Counted from the stretch's first letter, positions 1 through 10,245 are shown. The stretch: DNA of 64,000 nt from Candidatus Cryptobacteroides sp. (GCA_045599725.1 JAZRWN010000113.1:1966-65965); one strand, 5' to 3'. Numbers and translations: made by a program. Notes: a model not told the origin generated them from the sequence alone.

Positions 1-2241
1 TACGGCCAGTTGATCGGTTCTCACGTGTACCAGTACAAGCCTGGCAAGGCCGGCGGAGATGACGAGATCATCGATGCTGCAGGAGTCTGTGCTAAGTACG
101 GCATCAGCCGTCCGGAGCAGGTCATCGACATGCTGACCATCTGTGGCGACGCCTCCGACAATGTGCCCGGAGTCAAGGGCGTAGGCGAAGTCGGAGCCGC
201 CAAGTTCATTGCAAAATACGGCAGCGTTGAGAGTATATATGAGCATCTAGACGAACTTTCAGACCGGCAGAGGGCTATGTTCGAGGAGGCGCGGAACCAT
301 ATCGTCCTCAGCAAGACCCTGGTCACGATCAAGACCGACATTCTTCTCGAGGCCACCGCAGCCGACATGGTCCTGGACATGGACTTCAATCCGTCCATCG
401 CGGATCTCTTCGAGAAGTACGAGTTCAATTCGCTCAAGCGTTTCATTTCACATATCAGTCCTGTCGCACCGGCCTCCCAGGTCTCGCAGGACATCAATGT
501 CTCACCAGCTACCTATGACGAGGTGAAGGCTGAAGCCGCACTCAGGGGATGCTGCGCCATAGTCTCCGAAGCCGCCGACTCCGGGATTTTCACAGCTGCG
601 GACAGGATTCTCATTGCCGCAGGCGACAATGACTGCGTGAAAGTGGCTGAAGGCACTCCCGAAGCATTCCGCGGTCTTCTTGAAGACGGAAGCGTCATCA
701 AATACGGTTACGGCCTCAAACTTCAACTGAACCAGATTCTGCGCTCAGGCGTGACTCTCGGAGGCAGGCTCGTGGATGTGGAGCTCGCCCACTATGTCCT
801 CAATCCCGAGCGAAGTCATTCGCTCGACATACTGGCCCGCAGTTACCTGAATGTCAGCATCGACCAGGGAAGGCTTCAGGAAGAGTCATCAGGCACGCTC
901 TTTGGCATGGATGACGCCTCTGACGAAGAAAGGGCAGACCGTTCCCGCGAGGTGGCGGCTGTACTGCTTCTGGGTGGGAAAGTGCTGTCCGAGCTCTCTG
1001 ACGCTGGGATGAAGTCGCTATACGATGACATCGAGGAGCCTCTTGTCCGTGTCCTTGCGCGTATGGAGCGCACTGGAGTGAAAGTGGACCTTGACTCGCT
1101 CTCCGAGTTCGCGGCGACTCTGCGCCGATCCACCCTCGAACGCGAAGCCGAAGTCAGAAGACTTGCGGACGAACCTTCTCTGAACGTGTCGTCCCCGAAG
1201 CAGATAGGTGAGGTGCTGTTCGAGAAACTCAAGCTGGACCCTAAGGCGAAGAAAAGCTCCAAGGGAAGCTGGAGCACGGACGAGGAGACGCTTCTCGATC
1301 TGGCTGACCGAAGCCCGATAATCGACGCCATCCTGGACTACCGTGCCACCAAGAAACTTCTTTCGACATATATCGAGCCTTTCCCTTCTTATGTCTCTCC
1401 CGTTGACGGACGCATCCATACGACCTTCAACCAGGCTCTGACCTCCACCGGAAGGTTGTCTTCATCAAATCCGAACCTTCAGAACATACCTGTCCGCACT
1501 GAGCGTGGCAAGGAGATACGCAAGGCCTTTGTCGCGGAGCGTCCTGGAGACCTGATATTGTCCGCCGACTATTCACAGATAGAGTTGAGGATAATGGCGC
1601 ATCTGAGCTGTGACAGACATCTCATAGATGCTTTCCGCAAGGGCCTGGATGTCCATGCCGCGACAGCGGCGAAGATTTTCGGCGTGCCGCTGGAAGAGGT
1701 GACATCCGATCAGAGGAGAGTGGCCAAGACTGCTAATTTCGGAATAATGTACGGTATCTCAGCATTCGGCCTTTCGCAGAGACTCAGATGCCCGAGGTCT
1801 GAGGCCAAGAAGATAATTGACGACTATTTCGCATCCTTCCCGTCCATCCGTTCTTTCATAGATGACACGGTGGCGATGGCGAGAGAGTCCGGATATGTCG
1901 AGACCCTTTTCGGGAGGAGACGATATATCAATGACATAAACTCGAAGAACGCCACTGTGCGCGCTCTGGCCGAGCGCAATGCTGTCAACGCCCCCATCCA
2001 GGGGACTTCCGCCGACATCATAAAGATAGCGATGGCAAAGATAGACAACAGGATGCAGGATGAAGGCCTGAGAAGCAGGATGGTGCTTCAGATACACGAC
2101 GAACTGCTCTTCGAGGTGGTGTCGGAAGAACTTGAGATAATGAAATCAATAGTGATGTCGGAGATGGAGAATGTCATCTCACTCTCTATCCCTCTGACAG
2201 TGGAATGCAACTATGGAACAAACTGGCTCGAATCCCATTAA
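1..2241 (+). CDS. polA: DNA polymerase I (5'-truncated by window edge)
   Basis: GDASDNVPGVKGVG (5'-3' exonuclease HhH), TGRLSSSNPNLQNIP, ADYSQIELR, AKTANFGIMYG and LQIHDEL polymerase motifs; frame open from base 1 (YGQL...). Confidence 0.97.
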   Translation, partial: YGQLIGSHVYQYKPGKAGGDDEIIDAAGVCAKYGISRPEQVIDMLTICGDASDNVPGVKGVGEVGAAKFIAKYGSVESIYEHLDELSDRQRAMFEEARNHIVLSKTLVTIKTDILLEATAADMVLDMDFNPSIADLFEKYEFNSLKRFISHISPVAPASQVSQDINVSPATYDEVKAEAALRGCCAIVSEAADSGIFTAADRILIAAGDNDCVKVAEGTPEAFRGLLEDGSVIKYGYGLKLQLNQILRSGVTLGGRLVDVELAHYVLNPERSHSLDILARSYLNVSIDQGRLQEESSGTLFGMDDASDEERADRSREVAAVLLLGGKVLSELSDAGMKSLYDDIEEPLVRVLARMERTGVKVDLDSLSEFAATLRRSTLEREAEVRRLADEPSLNVSSPKQIGEVLFEKLKLDPKAKKSSKGSWSTDEETLLDLADRSPIIDAILDYRATKKLLSTYIEPFPSYVSPVDGRIHTTFNQALTSTGRLSSSNPNLQNIPVRTERGKEIRKAFVAERPGDLILSADYSQIELRIMAHLSCDRHLIDAFRKGLDVHAATAAKIFGVPLEEVTSDQRRVAKTANFGIMYGISAFGLSQRLRCPRSEAKKIIDDYFASFPSIRSFIDDTVAMARESGYVETLFGRRRYINDINSKNATVRALAERNAVNAPIQGTSADIIKIAMAKIDNRMQDEGLRSRMVLQIHDELLFEVVSEELEIMKSIVMSEMENVISLSIPLTVECNYGTNWLESH

Positions 2242-2815
2242 TGAACTTGTGAGACAGGCGATTGCAGGCAACGGCACGGCTTTCACCGCGCTGTGGGACC
2301 TGCATATTGATTCGTTGAGGCTGTTCGTCAAGGGATGGCTGAAGAACCTCGACGACCTGTATGTCGATGACATCTGCAGCAGAAGCTTCGAGAAGGCTTT
2401 CCGCCAGATATCCGCATACGACCCGCAGAAGAGTCAGTTCATCACATGGCTGCGCACCATCGCGAAGAACACCGCTCTGGATATGCTTCAGCACGAGAGC
2501 CGCATGCACAGCCAGGTCATCTCCATCGATGATGACAGCAGGCAGGTGTATGTGGTGGAAAGCATAGCCGACCAGGTGGATACGCCACTCGAGTCCATCA
2601 TCAGGACGGAGGACAGGGAGGAGACGCAGGGCTATATAGACAAGCTGCCTGCTCTTTACAGAGATATAGCATACAAACGTATGGTGGAGGGGAAGCAGTA
2701 CAAGGAGATAGCAGACGAGATGCAGATGGAACTGAATACCGTCCGCACGCGCATACGCCGTGCGAAGGCTATAATGGACAAGATGAAGAAGGAGGATGAT
2801 GACTATGGACTTTGA
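2213..2815 (+). CDS. ECF-type RNA polymerase sigma-70 factor
   Basis: Region 2 FITWLRTIAKNTALD and region 4 YKEIADEMQMELNTVRTRIRRAK; overlaps the polA 3' end by 29 nt. Confidence 0.9.
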   Translation: MEQTGSNPINELVRQAIAGNGTAFTALWDLHIDSLRLFVKGWLKNLDDLYVDDICSRSFEKAFRQISAYDPQKSQFITWLRTIAKNTALDMLQHESRMHSQVISIDDDSRQVYVVESIADQVDTPLESIIRTEDREETQGYIDKLPALYRDIAYKRMVEGKQYKEIADEMQMELNTVRTRIRRAKAIMDKMKKEDDDYGL

Positions 2816-3458
2816 TGTTTTCAAGGATGTGCTCCTGAAGGAGTTTCCAGATGTCACCGAACAGCAGCTCAGGCAGTTCCGTGACATGGAGGGTCTGTAT
2901 TTGGACTGGAACTCGAAGATAAACGTGATATCAAGGAAGGATGTCGACGGGTTCTACGGACATCATGTCCTGCATTCCCTGGGCATAGCCTCATACTGGC
3001 GGCGCGAAGGCGTTCTGGAGACAGACGCAGGCCTGACGGTCCTTGACCTCGGCACCGGCGGAGGCTTCCCGGGGATTCCTCTCGCCGTCATGTTCCCGCA
3101 GATGTCATTCACGCTCTGCGACAGCATTGGCAAGAAGATCAAGGTGGTTCAGGAGGTCGCTTCAGCGCTCGGGCTTGAGAATGTCACTGCCGTGAATGCC
3201 CGTGCGGAGTCGCTTTCCGCCAAGTTTGACATAGTGGTGTCCAGGGCTGTGACTTCACTTGAAAACTTCTATCCGTGGGTCAAGGGTAAGTATGCCAAGG
3301 GCATATTCTACCTCAAGGGCGGTGACATCAACGAGGAGATATGCACCCTGATGGAACGCGAGCGCCTGAAGAAGGGGAGTGTCAGCACCTGGAGGATGGA
3401 CAATTGGCTGGACGACGAGTATTATAAGGAGAAATTTGTTATTCATATAGAAAAATAA
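2796..3458 (+). CDS. rsmG: 16S rRNA m7G527 methyltransferase (start may be ATG 2805)
   Basis: WNSKINVISRKD, HVLHSL, LDLGTGGGFPGIPLA, VVSRAV, YLKG. Confidence 0.95.
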   Translation: MMTMDFDVFKDVLLKEFPDVTEQQLRQFRDMEGLYLDWNSKINVISRKDVDGFYGHHVLHSLGIASYWRREGVLETDAGLTVLDLGTGGGFPGIPLAVMFPQMSFTLCDSIGKKIKVVQEVASALGLENVTAVNARAESLSAKFDIVVSRAVTSLENFYPWVKGKYAKGIFYLKGGDINEEICTLMERERLKKGSVSTWRMDNWLDDEYYKEKFVIHIEK

Positions 3459-3475
3459 TCTATTATTAATTGTTT

Positions 3476-6103
3476 ATGAAAATTATAACCAAGGTTTCCG
3501 TTATCGCTGCGGCTGTGGTGCTCATGGCTTCATGCAGCGGCAGCAAGGATTATGAGTATCCTTACCTGAACCCGAAGCTCTCCATTGACAAGAGAGTTGA
3601 GAACCTGGTCTCCCTCCTTACTCCGGAGGAGAAGATCGGACTTATGATGAACGGATCCATCTCCATCGAGAGACTGGACATCCCTGCCTACAACTGGTGG
3701 AACGAGGCCTGTCACGGAATCTGCTACGATGATGTGACCGTATTCCCTCAGAATATCGGCCTTGCGGCTACTTTCGACCCTGCACAGCAGTATGAGATCT
3801 ATTCTGCAGTGTCTGACGAAGCACGTGCCGTATGGAACACCACCGACCATCACGACCTCACCAGGACGACCCCTAACGGCAACATATGGCATCAGGGACT
3901 GTCATTCTGGTGTCCTAACATCAACATTTTCCGCGACCCTAGATGGGGACGCGGACAGGAGACTGCCGGCGAAGACCCTTATCTCGCTTCAGTCATGGGC
4001 ACCCAGACCGTGAAGGGCATGCAGGGCAATGACAAGAAGTACTACAAGACCCACGCATGCGCCAAGCATTACGCAGTCCACAGCGGACCGGAGCCTCTCC
4101 GTCACCAGTTCGACGTTACCGTGTCCATGAGAGACCTCTGGGAGACTTATCTTCCTGCATTCAAGTCCCTCGTTGTCGAAGGAAACGTCCAGGAAGTTAT
4201 GTGCGCTTATCACCGTTATGAGGGTGACCCTTGCTGCGGCAGCGACAGACTCCTCCAGAACATCCTCCGCGAGAAGTGGAACTTCGGTGGCATGGTAGTT
4301 TCTGACTGCGGAGCCATCGGCGACTTCTACAACCCGAGAAACCACGGTACTCATGCAGACGCAGCCAGCGCTTCTGCCGACGCAGTCCTTTCCGGTACCG
4401 ACGTGGAATGCGGAACCAGCTACAGGGCACTTGTCGAGGCCATTGAGAAGGGTCTCATCAGCGAGGCCGACATCGACGTCAATCTCCGCCGCATCCTCCG
4501 CTCACGCTTCGAACTCGGTATGTTCGATCCTGCCGAGATGTTGCCATGGGCTGATCTTGGCCAGGAGCAGCTCAGCAGCCCTGAGCACACCGCTCTCGCA
4601 AACAAGGCCGCTCACGAGGCAGTCGTCCTCCTCAAGAATCAGAACAATGTCCTTCCTCTTGCCAAGAAGGGAACCATCGCAGTCGTCGGCCCTAATGCTG
4701 ACAATGCTCGCGTCATCCTCGGCAACTACAACGGATATCCTACAAAGGCCAACACCAAGACCATCCTGGGTGCCATCCGTGACGCTGCTCCTGAAGCAAA
4801 TGTCATCTATGAGAAAGGCTGCGACCTCAATGACGCAACCCTCACCACAGACTATATCGCCGCCATCAATGACGGCAAGGGACTTCACGCACAGTATTTC
4901 AACAACACCACCTTCTCAGGTGCTGTGGTGGCTGAGGTAGACTACAAGGATCCTCTCACTCTCAACACAACCTCCCCGGCACTTGCGCACGAGGACTGTG
5001 CATGGGCTGATGGTGTGAACCTTACTGATTTCTCAACCCGTTTCACAGGAAGCTTCACATCTGATTTCACTGGTGACATGGCTTACACCATCCGTGGCAG
5101 CTACGGCTACAAGTTCACGGTGAACGGTGCCGTCATCGCAGAACAGACCGCTCCGGCTCCTATGATGAGAGGCTTCGGCAGAAATGCTCCTCTCACTACT
5201 TTCCCGGTAGTGGAAGGCAAGACTTATGACATCCAGATCGAGGTCTCACAGCCAGAGGCACGCTCTGCATCATTCTCATTCGACCTCTTCAGCAAACTGC
5301 CAGCTGACCTCGCTCCAGTGATCGAGAAAGTTCAGTCAGCTGATGTCATCGTCGTGGTCTGCGGTATTTCCTCCGATATCGAAGGTGAAGGACATGACCG
5401 TTCAACCATCGAGCTTCCACAGATCCAGCAGGATCTCATCGCTGCGATGGACGCTACGGGCAAGCCTGTCGTTCTCGTGAACGTTTCCGGCAGCGCCATC
5501 GGCTTCGGTCCTGTGGAGCCTATGTATGATGCCCTCATCCAGGCATGGTACGGCGGTCAGGCCTGCGGTGCTGCAGCAGCTGATGTCCTCTTCGGCGACT
5601 ACAACCCGGCAGGACGTCTTCCTGTCACGTTCTATGCTTCCACGGACCAGCTTCCGGACTTCCAGAACTATGATATGGAAGGACATACCTACCGCTATTT
5701 CCGCGGTACTCCTCTGTATCCGTTCGGCTTCGGTCTCAGCTACACCACCTTCGAGTACGGTGCCGCCAAGCTCTCCAAGTCTTCCATCAAGGCAGGTCAG
5801 ACCGTCAGCATCACAGTTCCTGTCACCAATACAGGTGCCATCGATGGAGAGGAAGTTGTTCAGGTTTATGTCAAGAGCCTCGACAATCCGGATGCTCCTA
5901 TCAAGTCACTCAAGGGATTCCAGCGCGTGAAGATCGCTTCAGGCGAGACAGTCAGTGTCAAGATCGACCTCGACCCTGCAGCTTTCGACTTCTATGATGA
6001 AGCTGTCGACGGGCTCTCTACCAAGCCAGGTAATTACCAGATACTGTACGGCCCTTCTTCAGACGATGCATCACTGCAGTCGCTGCCATTCGTTGTTTCT
6101 TAA
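3476..6103 (+). CDS. GH3 beta-xylosidase/beta-glucosidase lipoprotein with PA14 insert and C-terminal Fn3-like domain
   Basis: Lipobox MASC; WWNEACHG, NIFRDPRWGRGQET, CAKHYAVHSGPE, VSDCGAI (nucleophile Asp), GRLPVTFY, PFGFGLSYT. Confidence 0.93.
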   Translation: MKIITKVSVIAAAVVLMASCSGSKDYEYPYLNPKLSIDKRVENLVSLLTPEEKIGLMMNGSISIERLDIPAYNWWNEACHGICYDDVTVFPQNIGLAATFDPAQQYEIYSAVSDEARAVWNTTDHHDLTRTTPNGNIWHQGLSFWCPNINIFRDPRWGRGQETAGEDPYLASVMGTQTVKGMQGNDKKYYKTHACAKHYAVHSGPEPLRHQFDVTVSMRDLWETYLPAFKSLVVEGNVQEVMCAYHRYEGDPCCGSDRLLQNILREKWNFGGMVVSDCGAIGDFYNPRNHGTHADAASASADAVLSGTDVECGTSYRALVEAIEKGLISEADIDVNLRRILRSRFELGMFDPAEMLPWADLGQEQLSSPEHTALANKAAHEAVVLLKNQNNVLPLAKKGTIAVVGPNADNARVILGNYNGYPTKANTKTILGAIRDAAPEANVIYEKGCDLNDATLTTDYIAAINDGKGLHAQYFNNTTFSGAVVAEVDYKDPLTLNTTSPALAHEDCAWADGVNLTDFSTRFTGSFTSDFTGDMAYTIRGSYGYKFTVNGAVIAEQTAPAPMMRGFGRNAPLTTFPVVEGKTYDIQIEVSQPEARSASFSFDLFSKLPADLAPVIEKVQSADVIVVVCGISSDIEGEGHDRSTIELPQIQQDLIAAMDATGKPVVLVNVSGSAIGFGPVEPMYDALIQAWYGGQACGAAAADVLFGDYNPAGRLPVTFYASTDQLPDFQNYDMEGHTYRYFRGTPLYPFGFGLSYTTFEYGAAKLSKSSIKAGQTVSITVPVTNTGAIDGEEVVQVYVKSLDNPDAPIKSLKGFQRVKIASGETVSVKIDLDPAAFDFYDEAVDGLSTKPGNYQILYGPSSDDASLQSLPFVVS

Positions 6104-6119
6104 AGATTTTTAAGAAAAA

Positions 6120-6151
6120 TTTGTCATTCAAATTGAAAAAGACTACCTTTG
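6120..6151 (+). promoter_or_regulatory. Bacteroidetes housekeeping promoter of rpmH
   Basis: TTTG (6120-6123), 20-nt spacer, TACCTTTG (6144-6151) matches the -33/-7 consensus TTTG...TAnnTTTG. Confidence 0.8.
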
Positions 6152-6188
6152 CAGTCCTATTGTCGGAAAATATATAAAAGAATAAGAT

Positions 6189-6341
6189 ATGAAAAGAACA
6201 TTTCAACCTTCAAACCGCAAGCGTGTCAACAAGCACGGCTTCCGTGAGCGCATGAGCTCAGCCAACGGCCGTCGCGTACTTGCTTCACGCCGCCGTCATG
6301 GACGCAAGAAACTCACTGTCTCTTCAGAGGAGAGGTGGTAG
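6189..6341 (+). CDS. rpmH: 50S ribosomal protein L34 (not in ORF track)
   Basis: Manual translation [50 protein letters not shown]. Confidence 0.98.
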   Translation: MKRTFQPSNRKRVNKHGFRERMSSANGRRVLASRRRHGRKKLTVSSEERW

Positions 6342-6365
6342 TCTTTTCCAAGACTCAAACAATAA

Positions 6366-6397
6366 GAGGACAGTCGAATGGCTGTCCTCCTTTTTTT
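6366..6397 (+). terminator. Intrinsic terminator of rpmH
   Basis: GAGGACAGTC-GAAT-GGCTGTCCTC stem followed by C and T7. Confidence 0.85.
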
Positions 6398-6421
6398 GCC
6401 CTTCTCTGTATCCGCCATAGC

Positions 6422-6489
6422 CGCGGCAGGACAGCCGCTCCACTGACAAGCAGCCTTCGGCGAAACGCTCCGCTTGCTGTCCTGCTGCG
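6422..6489. repeat. GC-rich inverted repeat / structured intergenic element
   Basis: CGCGGCAGGACAGC (6422-6435) pairs with GCTGTCCTGCTGCG (6476-6489), one G-U; internal GCC-TTC-GGC hairpin. Confidence 0.6.
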
Positions 6490-6566
6490 TCATATAATAA
6501 AATATGAATGGTAAAACAGTAATTATTTATTGAAAATCATTATATTTGTATCAAAGCACAAATGAT

Positions 6567-7454
6567 ATGAAAAAAGCCATCCAGTTCGCCGTCATTGTCT
6601 GCCTTTTCTCCTGGGCGATGTTCGGCATATTCTACGCCTTCAGTGGAGGAGATGTCAAGTCAAATCAGATCCTGTTCACTCTGTTCGAAATGCTGTATAT
6701 GTGTTTTCCGTTGATAGTGGCCTTGGTACTGCAGAAAATCAGCGGGGAGAAGCCGTCTAGCACGGGCCTGTTGAATTTCAAACTGTCGTGGGCCTGGCTG
6801 GTCGGAATGCTGATACCGGTGCTGGCGGTGTTTTTATGCATACTCATTTCAGGCCTCATTCCTGGAGTGCATGTCGAATATGGGGCTGAACAGTTGATTT
6901 CTCAGTTCGGACTGGACGAGGATACATCTGCGACTGTAGCATCTCAGATCGAGTCCATGTCCCCGGCGGTCATGATATTGTCCGGTCTTCTGAGCGGTCT
7001 GATCGCGGGCTGTACCATCAACGCCCTCTTTGCCTTCGGCGAGGAATATGGCTGGCGCAACTATCTTGTCAAAGCCCTTGAGGGCTGCGGATTCTGGAAA
7101 AAGTCTATTTTCATAGGCCTTGTATGGGGCATCTGGCACGCTCCGCTCATCCTCCAGGGACATAACTATCCTCAGCATCCGGTGGCTGGTGTGGCGTTGA
7201 TGTGTGTCTTCTGCGTACTGTTGGGTGCAGTTGAACTCTACTTCGTCCTGAAGACGAACTCAGTTTTTCCTGCCGCCATCATTCACGGCACTTTCAATGC
7301 CATTGCAGGATTCGTCCTGTATTTCGTACAGGGGGGCAATGACCTCACCGTCGGCATGACCGGTGTCGCGGGATTTGTCTCCATGGGCATTGTGCTGGCG
7401 GGCATATATTTCTATGACAGACATGTCAGCGGGGACAGGATAATGAGTGCTTGA
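6567..7454 (+). CDS. CPBP-family (CAAX/Abi) intramembrane glutamic endopeptidase
   Basis: GEEYGWRNYL, GLVWGIWHAP, AAIIHGTFNA; many TM helices; TATATTTG at 6541 argues for ATG 6567. Confidence 0.9.
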   Translation: MKKAIQFAVIVCLFSWAMFGIFYAFSGGDVKSNQILFTLFEMLYMCFPLIVALVLQKISGEKPSSTGLLNFKLSWAWLVGMLIPVLAVFLCILISGLIPGVHVEYGAEQLISQFGLDEDTSATVASQIESMSPAVMILSGLLSGLIAGCTINALFAFGEEYGWRNYLVKALEGCGFWKKSIFIGLVWGIWHAPLILQGHNYPQHPVAGVALMCVFCVLLGAVELYFVLKTNSVFPAAIIHGTFNAIAGFVLYFVQGGNDLTVGMTGVAGFVSMGIVLAGIYFYDRHVSGDRIMSA

Positions 7455-7493
7455 TTTAGATTTCTTTTTGTATATTTACAAAAATTTACTGAC

Positions 7494-7889
7494 ATGAAAA
7501 GAATCATACTGTTTATCACCATTGCCGTCATAGGTGCGATGTCCCTGTCTTCATGCGCCACAATGCTCCCGACACGCTTCGAGACTTTCGCAAACAATGT
7601 CGAGAACAATTCCGACAACTACAATCTCCGGAAGTGGGAGAGGAAGAACGCGAAGTTCCTGAATCTCTGCGAGCAGTACAAGGACAACTTCACTCTCTAT
7701 TCAGGCCCTCAGAGACGCAAGATCCACAGTTCCATGGTTACTTATGCCAAGACTGCCGCCAAGTCCGGTGTCATCACCGTCACGGATGTCGTAAGTGACA
7801 TCACTGAGCAGATCGGCGGCCTGGTGGAGGACGCAAAGGCTCTTTTCGAGGAACTCGGACTGAAAAAGAAGGCACCAGCGACGAACTAG
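7494..7889 (+). CDS. Small helical lipoprotein of unknown function (possibly DUF6565-like)
   Basis: Signal peptide with lipobox LSSC; codon usage like neighbouring genes; family resemblance from memory only. Confidence 0.7.
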   Translation: MKRIILFITIAVIGAMSLSSCATMLPTRFETFANNVENNSDNYNLRKWERKNAKFLNLCEQYKDNFTLYSGPQRRKIHSSMVTYAKTAAKSGVITVTDVVSDITEQIGGLVEDAKALFEELGLKKKAPATN

Positions 7890-7890
7890 A

Positions 7891-8817
7891 TCATTCAGCA
7901 GGCTCTTCTATACGGCAGCGGACAAGTTTCGCTGCCGTTTCTTTTTTCAATATGCCAGCCCTGGCGAGTCCTTCCACCGTGAGTGCCTCGCGAGGATTGT
8001 TCTCCCTGAAGACAACGACTCCGTGAGCGGCATAGCGACCTATGTACGGATGCTTCTCAAGTTCCTTCTCATCTGCGCTCCACAGCGGATAAGGCTCGCA
8101 TTCCCCGACGGTTATCAGGTCTTTCAAAGCGTCATATCTCTCCTGGTCGAAACGATAGATATCCATCAGCTGCTCCGGGTAGGAGTACCCATTGAGCTCC
8201 TCCCTGTAACTTACCATCCTGGCGGCATAGTACGGACCTATTCCCGGCAGGGTCTCGAATAATGCTGAATCCGCGGCGTTGATGTCCACTTTCGGTATCC
8301 TGATGTATGGCTCAAGTCTCTTGAAGACCGAGTCTGCCACCACGAAGGACTTGGCGAAGTCGGACGGTCTTCTGAACCTTCCACCCTTCTCGCGGTAGTT
8401 GATGATGGACTGAGCCTGCTTCTCGCTGAACCCGAGTCTGACGAGTTCCTCAAGCCCGGCGGTGTTGGGATTGAACGGGAAACTCTCCACGACTCTTCCG
8501 CGGTGCTTCTCCCAGACTGCTTCAGCAGTGGGGGAGTGTCCGGAACTGCGCCTGATGCTGATAGTCCCCTGTTCCGCAGTCGTGTCAGGAACGGATGCAG
8601 AAACCATTTTCTCCTCGAGGAGTTCCCGCGCAAGAGCCTTGTCCACGACATAAACCGTGTCGGGAGCATCCCTGTTGCCCGCGATGCGGGTGACCGCTGC
8701 AGTGTGAATGAACAGTGCCGCCTGGTATCCGATGATAAGAAACGCCAGCGCTATCGCTCCTACTTTGAACGATGCGGTGACTCTGATTTTTGATGATTGT
8801 CTGTCCTTCCCCTCCAT
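7891..8817 (-). CDS. ComEA-like helix-hairpin-helix DNA-binding membrane protein
   Basis: N-terminal TM; FNPNTA...LGFSEKQAQSIINYREKGG; DINAADS...LPGIGPYYAARMVSYRE. Confidence 0.85.
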   Translation of the reverse strand: MEGKDRQSSKIRVTASFKVGAIALAFLIIGYQAALFIHTAAVTRIAGNRDAPDTVYVVDKALARELLEEKMVSASVPDTTAEQGTISIRRSSGHSPTAEAVWEKHRGRVVESFPFNPNTAGLEELVRLGFSEKQAQSIINYREKGGRFRRPSDFAKSFVVADSVFKRLEPYIRIPKVDINAADSALFETLPGIGPYYAARMVSYREELNGYSYPEQLMDIYRFDQERYDALKDLITVGECEPYPLWSADEKELEKHPYIGRYAAHGVVVFRENNPREALTVEGLARAGILKKETAAKLVRCRIEEPAE

Positions 8818-8842
8818 CTCTCTCTGCTGATTAGAATAATTG

Positions 8843-9574
8843 TCAGTCTTCTTCCTGTTCTGAAGGCTGTCTGTATTTGTTGCCCGGGGCCTTTTTCTTT
8901 TCCTCAGCCCCCGCGACGACTATCACTATCTCGCCTTTCGGCTCGTGCTCCCTGAACCATCCCGCCACTTCGGCAAGAGTTCCGCGCCTGTGCTCCTCGT
9001 GTACCTTTGAGATCTCGCGGGCGACAGAGCACCGGCGCTCCGGCCCGAAGAACTCCGCAAGCTGTTCCAGGGTCTTCACCAGCCTGTACGGAGACTCGTA
9101 GAACACCATGGTCCTTGTCTCTGATGCAAGCGTCTCCAGCAGGGACTGGCGGCCCTTCTTCTGCGGCAGAAATCCTTCGAAGCAGAATTTGTCGCATGGC
9201 AGACCAGATGACACTATAGCCGGGATGCATGCAGTCGCTCCAGGAAGTGTCTGAACTTCAATTCCTTCGTCTGCGCAGGCACGCGCAAGCAGGAAACCAG
9301 GGTCGGAGATGCCCGGTGTGCCGGCGTCGCTTATCAGCGCCACATTCAGCCCACCGAGGATTCTGTCCTTTATCATCTCCACGGTCTGATGTTCGTTGTA
9401 TTTATGGTGTGACTGGAGCTTTCCGTGTATGTCATAGTGGTGCAGAAGGACCGAACTTGTCCTGGTGTCCTCTGCAAGTATGAGGTCAGCCTCTTTCAGC
9501 ACGGATACCGCCCTGAAAGTCATGTCGTCAAGATTCCCGACCGGAGTGGGGACTATGTAAAGCACTCCCGCCAT
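8843..9574 (-). CDS. rsmI: 16S rRNA C1402 2'-O-methyltransferase
   Basis: LYIVPTPVGNLDDMT, AEDTR, SDAGTPGISDPG, FYESPYR, AREISKVHEE. Confidence 0.97.
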   Translation of the reverse strand: MAGVLYIVPTPVGNLDDMTFRAVSVLKEADLILAEDTRTSSVLLHHYDIHGKLQSHHKYNEHQTVEMIKDRILGGLNVALISDAGTPGISDPGFLLARACADEGIEVQTLPGATACIPAIVSSGLPCDKFCFEGFLPQKKGRQSLLETLASETRTMVFYESPYRLVKTLEQLAEFFGPERRCSVAREISKVHEEHRRGTLAEVAGWFREHEPKGEIVIVVAGAEEKKKAPGNKYRQPSEQEED

Positions 9575-10245
9575 TATCTGAGCTTCCTCCTGACGGCCAT
9601 CATCAGTCTGTACACGATGTCGGAGTTGAAGTTCCAGTCAGGATGGTTCTGACGCAGGTACTCCTCGGCTTCCGCAAATGAAGACATGGCGTTGAGGGAG
9701 GACAGCGCATCCTGGAAAGCCATCGGATCTTCCTTGAAGAGGGTGTTGATGAGCAGTACCCTGTCATTCAGTGAGATGGCGCTTATGATGTTCTTGACAG
9801 GGGTGCCCGGGATGGCGGTCTTCCATGCGCATTTTTCGCTCATGACATCCATCACCGCCTTCCTGCCGGCCTTTTCCTGCTTGTCATTGATGCTCTCCTT
9901 TGGAGCCTCGAACACGCTTTCTTCTATGGCTGGCACCTCGGCTTCTTCGACCTTTTCAATCTTTTCAACTTTTTCAATCTTTTCGACCTCAGGAACCGTC
10001 ACTTCAGGCTTCTCCTCCACAGGAGCCTTTTCCTCAAATGTCTCGACACCAAGGTCCTCGTCATCCAGGGAGATGTCGATAGGACCCATGTCAACGGGTT
10101 CTTCCACAGGGATTTCAGCCATGACCTCCTCTTCCGGTTCAGCCTCGACGGACGCGATCCGTGATTCAAGTTCTGCCACCTGTGCCTTGAGGGACTCGAG
10201 TGATTCCCTTATCTCTGTTAAAATATCTGAACGGCTTTTCTCCAT
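9574..10245 (-). CDS. Hypothetical protein (coiled coil, acidic linker, C-terminal ISLNDR domain)
   Basis: Translationally coupled to rsmI (1-nt overlap); C-terminus resembles a Bacteroidetes family found upstream of rsmI. Confidence 0.8.
   Translation of the reverse strand: MEKSRSDILTEIRESLESLKAQVAELESRIASVEAEPEEEVMAEIPVEEPVDMGPIDISLDDEDLGVETFEEKAPVEEKPEVTVPEVEKIEKVEKIEKVEEAEVPAIEESVFEAPKESINDKQEKAGRKAVMDVMSEKCAWKTAIPGTPVKNIISAISLNDRVLLINTLFKEDPMAFQDALSSLNAMSSFAEAEEYLRQNHPDWNFNSDIVYRLMMAVRRKLR
9953..9988 (-). repeat. Short coding tandem repeat (four 9-nt units)
   Basis: ttttcaatc ttttcaact ttttcaatc ttttcgacc on +, encoding [12 protein letters not shown]. Confidence 0.7.

Noticed and set aside
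6296-6493. 65-aa minus-strand ORF over the rpmH end and hairpins
   Set aside because: Runs through a terminator and antisense into rpmH; composition not protein-like
6567-7889. CPBP/Abi protease + small lipoprotein as a bacteriocin-immunity or anti-phage pair
   Set aside because: No bacteriocin precursor, exporter or defence context; CPBP genes are common singletons
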